The notes under the pieces: model-generated
Seen by the model: only the letters and a program-made list of their open reading frames with translations
Told to the model about the DNA's origin: nothing
The model's database searches: none
Source of the DNA: a virus
Lineage: Duplodnaviria > Caudoviricetes
Length of the DNA stretch: 64,000 nucleotides
Reading direction: 5' to 3' (one strand)
Virus record (IMG/VR): IMGVR_UViG_3300047375_000738
In this document: piece by piece, positions 56,304 to 64,000 of the stretch
How the letters are laid out: each line of letters begins with the position of its first letter
How positions within the stretch are numbered: the first letter of the stretch is position 1
Translations under genes and position numbers: made by a program

Positions 56304-59300
56304 TTATAACCCGGAAATTTCTCCTGTATTTTTAAGACGTAGCGGGATGTAAATAAATTCTACTGCTTTTACTGGTTCAATAGCAATATCTACATACAGT
56401 TCGTTTCTATCAATTCTTGCTGGTGTGTTGTTAGTTTCATCACACACAACCAAGTAGTCAAAGATTGCTCTAAGTCCAATTAGTTCTACCATTAAACTTT
56501 CAACCTGCTGTTTGATTTCATCACGGGTGATTTTATCATTTGGTTCAAAGATATATGGTTTTGCAAGTTTCTTAAGCTGACTACGTAAGTATACAGTTAA
56601 ACGTGCTACGTTTACTCTATCCAATGCACTTGCGTTTGCTGCTCTAGTTTTTTGACCAAATACAACAAGTCCTGCACCGTTAATGAATGTAATTGGATTT
56701 ACATTGTTTGAATACAACGTATCACGCTGTCCTTCGTTAAGTGCAATACTCTGGAATTCACCTTCTGCATTAACAAATCCACTTGCTGTTGCGTTAGTTA
56801 CGCTACCACGTCTTGTACCTGCTGGTGCAAACCATGGATAAGCAACTTGGTCATTTAATGCAATAGTGCGTAGTGCCATGTGCGAACTTGGAACAACAAC
56901 ATTGTTACCTGCATTGTCACTTGTAAATCCACTTGGATAATAAACACCTAAGTATTCATCTCTACTTACTAGACCGTTATCGTTGTCTTCAACTGCTAGG
57001 TTAGCATTGCTTGCCCAGTTTTGTAAATCAGTTGTTTTAGACGCTAATCTAAATGGTGAGTCTCCAACAACAAATGCAGTTAAACCTCTGTCATTGTTTA
57101 GAGTATTCATTTCTCCAATTAGTTCTGGATAACCAGGTGATGCAATTAAGTTAAACACTCTTGATTCGTCATCACGTATATCGTCATTATTGTTAACTGC
57201 TGCTTGTAGAGCTTGAATAATAACTTTACGTTGTGCTTTACGTCCAAATGCGCCACTGCCGTCTACGTTGTTTGCAGACTCAGTTACCCAACGATTGGCA
57301 TAGTAACCGCTCATTGAAGCGTCACTTTGTCTACCGTTAAGTGCTGTAGTATCAATCCAGTCACGCTCGTAACGTTTAACATTAAAGCCGCTTCTACGTG
57401 TGTTCCATAAAATCATACCTTTTGGATATAATGCTGGATCTGGAGCGTCTGGATCTAAGAAGTCGCTAGTAACCATTTCTGAAATGGCTCCTGCTGTAGC
57501 ACTATTTGCACCAGTTGTGTTATAACGAGCATCAGCAAATAGTACACCTGCTTCAGTTGTTTGATCAGTGTTGTCTAGCAGTACCCATTTAGAAGTATCA
57601 CCGTTGTATTTGTATACTTGTGGATAATTTTCTAAATCTGCTGTACTAATCCAAATGTCTCCATTTTGAATTAATGTTGCATTATCGCTCTGTTTTGTTG
57701 GAGCTGCTGCTGATACAATTGGACCGTTTTCGTCTAGTACACTACTTGCGCCAACGTTTCCGTCACCTTGGTGATCAAAGTTATTATAGCCAACCCATGT
57801 TGTACCATTGTGAATCATAATGTCAACTTCGTCAACTACACTACTATACCATAGCGCACCAGTTGCTGGTGTTGCAGTTGGAGCAGTTGCTTTTGCTGTG
57901 TATGTTAGTACGTTCCAATTCGATGCCATAAACTCTTTTGGACTTGTACTTACATCAGTACCTGGTCTAAAATAGAAATTTGCAGTCGAAGCTGGATTAG
58001 TTGATACAAACGGTGTAAAGATATTATCTAGTGGAGTATTTGTACCTTCAACTAAACGGATCTCACCGCCATTTGCGTGTGACATAACTAATTGATTTTT
58101 ACTATTTACTGTAGCACTTACATTTGTTAATCCAGCGCCGTTAATTGCGCCTGCCATTACATCAGCATCTGTAGTTGCTGCTGTTGCAGTAAATGTAATA
58201 GTTACTGGTGTTGACATAGTTGCACTACCAGTAATCGATTCACTAATTGTAAAATCATGCGATGCTGCTGTATATGTACTTGCTGTAATTGCAGCACTTG
58301 TAATACTAGTTGCGCCTGTTGCTTGTCTTACCATAAGTTGTACTGAACCACGCGGACGAGTATCTTCGGCTACGTTTGTTCTTGCATATACTGCACCAGC
58401 AGCAATATTTGCTCCGCCGCCAGTTGTATCAATTGATGCAATTGCTGCGTGATTAGTTGCGTGTAATGGTGCTGAAACTGTTGTCCAACTATCTGATGAT
58501 GCACTATACTGTTTTACACTGTACGCTGCGCCTAGGTTTGGATTAGTTGATTTTAGCCAGACACTTCCTGTTGGACGTGGTGTTGTATCTCTACTTTTCC
58601 ATTCTGGTACGCTTGTGTGTGCAGCAATAGTATGTTCTGGTGCTCTAAATGTGCCTGGTGTAATTCCAAAATCGGTTAGCACACTAGCTGTTTCACTTAG
58701 TACAACACTTTGTGAGCCTGCTGAACCGTTATAAAACAAGTTTAGTTTGTTACCTGTTGCGGTAGCACTAATGCCTTCGCCTTGGGCACCAGCATCGCCA
58801 TTAATATCGCTTACTACTTGGTTTAATGTTGTACCTGTAGTTGTAACTGTTGTTGGTGTTCCGTCGATTGTAAATACAATGTTACCTGTTCCACTAGGTG
58901 TTGAACCTGCTGTACCTGAAACAAATGCCCAACTTGCAATCCAAGCATTAGAACCTACTTCTACCCATGCACCTGTTGAATTTTTATACCATAGGCGATT
59001 TGTATTTGTTACAGCAACAATAGCATAATCGCCTACTGCGCCTACGCTAGTTTTTGGAGTAAAATCTGATCCAGCATAATTAACAACTTTTGAAGTGTCA
59101 GTAATTACTGTTGGAACTTTGTTTACAAAACTTTGTCCGTTAGTAACACTAGCAGCTTCGCCGTTCCATTCAAAAATGCCGTAGCTTGTATCGTCTGTGT
59201 CAAACCACCAAGAACCATCAGCAGGATCTCCAGCAACTTCGGTTGCACTGCCTGTTAGTTCGCTAAGGTCTGCATCGGCTCTTACAACATATGCTCGATT

Positions 59301-59612
59301 AGCTACGCCAAGATAACTATATGCTGCTTGTAATCCGTATTCGTTTTGTTCACCTGCGTGAATCATATTATTACTTGCATCTGAATAAAACAATGCATCG
59401 CCAAAAGTTTCTGACAATTCACGTTGTGAACTCATCAAATATACTTTACCTGCGTTTGCTTTTGTTGTACCTGGTGCAATACCAGTGCCGCCTGGATTCT
59501 TTTTATTTTGCTTTGTAGCAATGAAAATTAAAGGTGTTGTGCCTGGTTCTGCCGGAGTGTAAAAACTCTCGTCAATAACGCTAACCTGTACACCTGGTGA
59601 TGTTAATGCCAT
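56304..59612 (-). CDS. Contractile tail sheath protein (gp18-like), about 1100 aa
   Basis: SPGVQVSVIDES; PWFAPAG..RG; NPI..FGQKT..DRVNVARL..FEPND; PVKAVEFI. Confidence 0.95.
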   Translation of the reverse strand: MALTSPGVQVSVIDESFYTPAEPGTTPLIFIATKQNKKNPGGTGIAPGTTKANAGKVYLMSSQRELSETFGDALFYSDASNNMIHAGEQNEYGLQAAYSYLGVANRAYVVRADADLSELTGSATEVAGDPADGSWWFDTDDTSYGIFEWNGEAASVTNGQSFVNKVPTVITDTSKVVNYAGSDFTPKTSVGAVGDYAIVAVTNTNRLWYKNSTGAWVEVGSNAWIASWAFVSGTAGSTPSGTGNIVFTIDGTPTTVTTTGTTLNQVVSDINGDAGAQGEGISATATGNKLNLFYNGSAGSQSVVLSETASVLTDFGITPGTFRAPEHTIAAHTSVPEWKSRDTTPRPTGSVWLKSTNPNLGAAYSVKQYSASSDSWTTVSAPLHATNHAAIASIDTTGGGANIAAGAVYARTNVAEDTRPRGSVQLMVRQATGATSITSAAITASTYTAASHDFTISESITGSATMSTPVTITFTATAATTDADVMAGAINGAGLTNVSATVNSKNQLVMSHANGGEIRLVEGTNTPLDNIFTPFVSTNPASTANFYFRPGTDVSTSPKEFMASNWNVLTYTAKATAPTATPATGALWYSSVVDEVDIMIHNGTTWVGYNNFDHQGDGNVGASSVLDENGPIVSAAAPTKQSDNATLIQNGDIWISTADLENYPQVYKYNGDTSKWVLLDNTDQTTEAGVLFADARYNTTGANSATAGAISEMVTSDFLDPDAPDPALYPKGMILWNTRRSGFNVKRYERDWIDTTALNGRQSDASMSGYYANRWVTESANNVDGSGAFGRKAQRKVIIQALQAAVNNNDDIRDDESRVFNLIASPGYPELIGEMNTLNNDRGLTAFVVGDSPFRLASKTTDLQNWASNANLAVEDNDNGLVSRDEYLGVYYPSGFTSDNAGNNVVVPSSHMALRTIALNDQVAYPWFAPAGTRRGSVTNATASGFVNAEGEFQSIALNEGQRDTLYSNNVNPITFINGAGLVVFGQKTRAANASALDRVNVARLTVYLRSQLKKLAKPYIFEPNDKITRDEIKQQVESLMVELIGLRAIFDYLVVCDETNNTPARIDRNELYVDIAIEPVKAVEFIYIPLRLKNTGEISGL

Positions 59613-59740
59613 TCTATGTCTCCTCATGGGTATTTTTGTTGCTAACAATATTTATCCATACCCTTGTAAAACACCGGTTTTTAGCCGTTATCTAGGAGTT
59701 TAATGGTTGACAAAATTGCTAATTGTGTTAATATAACACT

Positions 59741-60241
59741 ATGAAGAAAAAGTTATTAGTAATAGGTCACGGAAGACACGGCAAAGATACTGTGTGCGAA
59801 ATACTTCGTGATGAGTTTGGTTATACGTTTGAAAGTAGTAGTCAGTTTTGTTCAAAATTATTCATTTATGATGACCTAAAAAACAAGTACAATTACAATA
59901 ACGAAGAAGAGTGCTATGCAGATAGACACAACCATCGCAAAGAATGGTACGATGCTATTTGTGATTATAATGTAAAAGACGGTGCTGCACTAGGCAGAGA
60001 AATGTTTGCCGAATATGACATCTACTGCGGGCTACGAAATAAGCGTGAATTTTTTGCAATGAAAAATACAGGAGTATTTGATTATGCTATTTGGGTTGAT
60101 CGTAGCAAATTCTTAATGCCCGAATCAAAAGATAGTATGAGCCTCGAACAGTGGATGGCAGATTATACTATTGACAATAATGGTAATTTAGACGATCTTT
60201 GGTTTAATACTAGACAGCTAATGAAATACATTACCCAATAA
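59741..60241 (+). CDS. Deoxynucleotide monophosphate kinase-like
   Basis: GHGRHGKDTV P-loop; DYTIDNNGNL. Confidence 0.75.
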   Translation: MKKKLLVIGHGRHGKDTVCEILRDEFGYTFESSSQFCSKLFIYDDLKNKYNYNNEEECYADRHNHRKEWYDAICDYNVKDGAALGREMFAEYDIYCGLRNKREFFAMKNTGVFDYAIWVDRSKFLMPESKDSMSLEQWMADYTIDNNGNLDDLWFNTRQLMKYITQ

Positions 60242-60992
60242 CAAATCCGTATCCTGTGCCGCCTGCTACAGCCAATGCAGCTTCTGCTTCTAACTTTTCC
60301 ATTTCAGCTTGAGCTTCTGCTTTAAGACTTGCACCATTTAAACTAGTTCCACCTTGCGGTCCAGCAATAGTAGCAAACTTTTCTCTTGCTTCACCTAACA
60401 TATATTTGCAACTTGCAAGTGTATAATCTTTAATCCATTGCTTTGCTCTATAATCTTCAAGTAGTTGACTATCAGGTCTAAAGTTATAACAAAACATCAA
60501 AACTTCTTCAACACTTGTTCTTGGACGTTGTAAGATAGTTAATGCTTTTGTAGTAGAATTCCATGTAAATTCAATAAACGATCCAAACATTCTACCTACT
60601 AATTCTTGACGTTGAGCAAACAATTCATAAGATGCTAAACCGCCAACGCCACTAGCTGCTAGTAAGTATGTGTTTGTATATGCAAGATTGAACGGTTCAA
60701 ACAAACTTCCGCCATCTCCGCCACCTGTGCGTGATCCAACACTGCGTCTGTATATTTGACGAACTTCTTCAATTTCCTGCGGAAGTACATACTCATTTTG
60801 ATCTTGTACTAACTTAAGAGTTACATAGCTTTCTTCAACACTATGCTCAGTTCGTTGTCTGTATTTTGATAATGATTTTGTAAGTGCTGCTTCGTAATGA
60901 ATTGGGTCGAGTTCTACGTCTACCATGCCACCACCAAGGAATGCATTTACATAATCAAATACTTCTTGTTTTTGTGTTACTAAATCGGCCAT
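60231..60992 (-). CDS. Neck protein (gp13-like)
   Basis: LGG.MVDVEL..WIKDYTLA..LGEAREKF..GGTSLNG. Confidence 0.8.
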   Translation of the reverse strand: MADLVTQKQEVFDYVNAFLGGGMVDVELDPIHYEAALTKSLSKYRQRTEHSVEESYVTLKLVQDQNEYVLPQEIEEVRQIYRRSVGSRTGGGDGGSLFEPFNLAYTNTYLLAASGVGGLASYELFAQRQELVGRMFGSFIEFTWNSTTKALTILQRPRTSVEEVLMFCYNFRPDSQLLEDYRAKQWIKDYTLASCKYMLGEAREKFATIAGPQGGTSLNGASLKAEAQAEMEKLEAEAALAVAGGTGYGFVIG

Positions 60993-61034
60993 TGATAATC
61001 TCCACTAGTATTTATCAATGCCATAAATATACAT

Positions 61035-62192
61035 ATGCCACGTTTATCTTTATATAGACCAAATAAAACAAAAGATTATGAATTCTTAGATAAAGTTATC
61101 TATGAACAATTTTCAATTGGCGGAACAGATATAAATGTTCACAAATACATTGGTCCTGAAAATCCTAGTGATGCAAACGCAACTGCATCTGAGCCACAAT
61201 ACGATGTAGTAAAAGAAACTAACATACAAGACATGTTATTCTTAGAAAACAGAGATCGTAAATATGATCCTGATGTTTATAATATGAGAGCAATATATAA
61301 TGTATCAGATACCGATTTTAATCTAAGTCAATTTGGACTATTTTTACAAAACGATACACTGTTTATGACAATACATATTAATAGCAGTGTTAAAACGCTA
61401 GGTCGAAAAATACTATCAGGAGATGTTGTTGAATTTCCACATTTAATTGATGAATATGCATTAAATGATTATAGTGTAGCATTAAAAAGATATTATGTAG
61501 TTGAAGATGTAAACCGGGCTGCCGAAGGATTTAGTCAAACATGGTATCCGCATCTTTATAGAGTTAAATTAAAGCAAATATACGACGGACAAGAGTTCAG
61601 CGAAATATTAGATTTACCAGCAGGTGATGATGCAAATAATACACTGCGTGATGTATTGAGTACATTTGAAACCGAAATGCAAATTAACAATGCAGTGGTT
61701 GCACAAGCTGATGCAGATTCTGCAAAAAGTGGGTACGATACTAGTAATCTTTACACATTACAAGTTGACAATCAAGGTCGACCTGAATTGGTTACCACTG
61801 ATACTAATGAACTTGATGCATCGCAAGCTGACTTACTAGCTGATAGAGTTTCTCAAACTCCTGCTAGAGAAGGATATCAAGGATATTTACTAGGTGATAA
61901 TATTGCTCCAAATGGCGAATCGTTTGGAAGTGGAATTCAATTTCCTAATGCTGCGCAAACAGGCGATTATTTTTTACGAACTGATATGCTGCCAAACAGA
62001 CTATTTAGATATGATAACAGTCGATGGATTAAAGTTGAAGACGGTGTTAGAATGACACTAAGTAATACTGATACACGCTCAACACTTAAAACAGGGTTTG
62101 TTAACAATTCGACTACCTCGACAATTGGTGGCGATACTGTTGTAGAAAAACAAAGTTTATCTAAAGCACTTAAACCAAAGGCAGATAATTAA
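61035..62192 (+). CDS. Neck/head-closure protein (gp14-like)
   Basis: FGLFLQND..GDVVEFPH..YVVEDV; neck cluster synteny. Confidence 0.65.
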   Translation: MPRLSLYRPNKTKDYEFLDKVIYEQFSIGGTDINVHKYIGPENPSDANATASEPQYDVVKETNIQDMLFLENRDRKYDPDVYNMRAIYNVSDTDFNLSQFGLFLQNDTLFMTIHINSSVKTLGRKILSGDVVEFPHLIDEYALNDYSVALKRYYVVEDVNRAAEGFSQTWYPHLYRVKLKQIYDGQEFSEILDLPAGDDANNTLRDVLSTFETEMQINNAVVAQADADSAKSGYDTSNLYTLQVDNQGRPELVTTDTNELDASQADLLADRVSQTPAREGYQGYLLGDNIAPNGESFGSGIQFPNAAQTGDYFLRTDMLPNRLFRYDNSRWIKVEDGVRMTLSNTDTRSTLKTGFVNNSTTSTIGGDTVVEKQSLSKALKPKADN

Positions 62193-63682
62193 TGCAACAT
62201 TTTTATGATGGACAGATTAGACGTTACATAACACAACTAGTACGTTTGTGTAGCGGTTTTCAATGGCAAGATAGCAGCGGCGGATTACGAAGTATACCAG
62301 TAAGTTACGGCGATTTAACAAGACAAGTTGCTAATATAATCAAAGAAAACAGTGAAAATAAAATGCCAAGTGTGCCACGTATGGCTGTATATATTACTGG
62401 ATTGGAGCTAGATAGAGAGCGTCTAGCAGATGCTACATATGTTGAAAAAGTTAATATACGTGAAAGAGCTTATGACGAAGCAGGCAACGAATACCTTAAT
62501 ACACAGGGTAAAAATTATACAGTAGAACGCATAATGCCTACACCATATATGCTACGTGTTAATGTTGATATTTGGAGTAGCAATACAGATCAAAAACTCC
62601 AAATTATGGAACAGATATTATCATTGTTTAATCCTAGTCTTGAAATTCAAACTACCGACAATTACATTGATTGGACTAGTTTAACTAGCGTATATTTAGA
62701 ACAAATTAGCTTTTCAAATAGAACACAGCCAATTGGTGTTGATAGCGAAATTGATGTTGGTACATTAAGTTTTAGTACACCTATCTTTATATCACCGCCA
62801 GCCAAAGTTAAAAAACTTGGTGTTATTACACAAGTTGTTGCTAATATATTTGATGAAACACGAGGAACTGTTGACTTAGGCGATACAGTACCAGAACTTA
62901 GTGCATATGCTGATACGCCAGTTCCGTTAACTAAAACGACTACTGTAAATAGTGATCCAGAAACAAAAACTGATATCACAGCTAATATTAATTCAAGAGG
63001 AACATTGTCTGCCACTTATCAAAACTACGGAGTATACATTACAGGCAACATAGCAAGGCTTGTTGACAAACGAGAAGTTGGAACAACCAATTGGCAAACT
63101 ATTATCGAATCGTATCCAGGAACATATACTGCTGGATTAAGTCAAATACGTTTAAGAACCGAATTAGGAAGTTTTATTGTAGGACAAATTACATTAAATC
63201 CTATGGACGAAACACAATTAACAATAACGTGGGATAGCGACACACTACCAACTGGCGATGTTGTTGAAGGTCCTGCACGTAATAGTAATAGTTATACAAG
63301 TTTTGACAAAATTGTTGAGCCACAGAATTATAATCCAACAGACGATAAAGTAGCCGGATTTAGAATACTGTTATTAGAAGCAATTAACACTAGTGAAAAC
63401 GTTGGCGGTAGTGTTGGCGATACACCGTATAACTATACCTATGACGGTCCTGATGCTTGGAAAAACAACGATGGAACTGATTTTGTAGCAAACGCTAACG
63501 ATGTTATTGAGTGGGACGGCACTGCTTGGCAAACTGTAATTGATTCAACTGACAGTACAAACGGTATTAATCAGAAGAATTTAGCAACAGGTGTAATTTA
63601 TACATGGACTGGCACAGATTGGATTAAGGCCTACGAAGGCGAATATTCACATGGTACATGGCTAATACTACTTGACGCATAA
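62192..63682 (+). CDS. Tail terminator / sheath stabilizer (gp15-like)
   Basis: FYDGQIRRY..IPVSYGD..P.M....L..D..R..QKLQIMEQIL..FNPS. Confidence 0.7.
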   Translation: MQHFYDGQIRRYITQLVRLCSGFQWQDSSGGLRSIPVSYGDLTRQVANIIKENSENKMPSVPRMAVYITGLELDRERLADATYVEKVNIRERAYDEAGNEYLNTQGKNYTVERIMPTPYMLRVNVDIWSSNTDQKLQIMEQILSLFNPSLEIQTTDNYIDWTSLTSVYLEQISFSNRTQPIGVDSEIDVGTLSFSTPIFISPPAKVKKLGVITQVVANIFDETRGTVDLGDTVPELSAYADTPVPLTKTTTVNSDPETKTDITANINSRGTLSATYQNYGVYITGNIARLVDKREVGTTNWQTIIESYPGTYTAGLSQIRLRTELGSFIVGQITLNPMDETQLTITWDSDTLPTGDVVEGPARNSNSYTSFDKIVEPQNYNPTDDKVAGFRILLLEAINTSENVGGSVGDTPYNYTYDGPDAWKNNDGTDFVANANDVIEWDGTAWQTVIDSTDSTNGINQKNLATGVIYTWTGTDWIKAYEGEYSHGTWLILLDA

Positions 63683-63690
63683 TTATATGT

Positions 63691-63999
63691 ATGAGCAAGA
63701 TTATATGTAGCGGTGCGCTATTCTATACATTGGATACTAATCGATTTTTATTCTTACATAGAATACAAAGTAAGAATAAAAACGTTTGGGGGTTAGTTGG
63801 TGGCAAAAACGAAAAAGAAGAAACACCGTGGGAAGGCTTACAAAGAGAAATTTCTGAAGAAATTGGAGATGTACCTGATATTGTAAAACTTATTCCATTA
63901 GAAACATTTGTTAGTAACGACGATACTTTTAATTTTCATACATATTTGTGTGTAATTAAAGAAGAATTTATTCCAAAATTAAATGATGAGCACGACGGC
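63691..63999 (+). CDS. Nudix hydrolase, 3' truncated by window edge
   Basis: Nudix box GGKNEKEETPWEGLQREISEEIG. Confidence 0.85.
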   Translation, partial: MSKIICSGALFYTLDTNRFLFLHRIQSKNKNVWGLVGGKNEKEETPWEGLQREISEEIGDVPDIVKLIPLETFVSNDDTFNFHTYLCVIKEEFIPKLNDEHDG

Positions 64000-64000
64000 T

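Noticed and set aside
35846-59518. Many antisense or shadow ORFs in the track (e.g. 35846-36406, 39244-39486, 43247-43726, 52935-53321)
   Set aside because: They lie wholly opposite or within well-supported genes and lack their own start signals or motifs.
1-64000. Stop-codon reassignment
   Set aside because: Conserved genes are full length in the standard code and end in TAA, TAG and TGA; no suppressor tRNA.

Overview
64 kb of a large, AT-rich, T4-superfamily myovirus-like phage genome (standard genetic code). A marine alphaproteobacterial host is inferred from the Shemin-pathway ALA synthase. Layout: (1) 1-7.1 kb auxiliary genes (hemA, YbaN, HNH, 2OG-Fe(II) oxygenase, YqgE/AlgH); (2) 7.1-8.33 kb, a non-coding block rich in repeats and palindromes; (3) 8.33-15.45 kb, a co-oriented early/host-takeover-like module of small genes and two tRNAs, driven by 11 promoters that all have a perfect TTGACA and a 17-bp spacer; (4) 16-30 kb, replication genes (DnaB-like helicase, primase, a 186-aa mini-DnaE) plus modification enzymes; (5) 30-45 kb, a glycan cluster (KdsA, KdsB, three KpsS/KpsC-like proteins, GTs, methyltransferases) with UvsW; (6) 45-48 kb, UvsY, UvsX and gp32; (7) 48-64 kb, terminase, head completion, tail tube/sheath and neck genes. 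Best candidate for a new system: the first gene behind each early promoter carries an AGGG(C) leader element, often in a hairpin loop whose stem sequence varies while pairing is kept. A 107-nt three-hairpin element inside the module (13131-13237) shows the complement GCCCUC in all three loops, which suggests an antisense (loop-loop) or decoy RNA that co-regulates the early regulon. All calls come from reading motifs by eye; no database searches were run.
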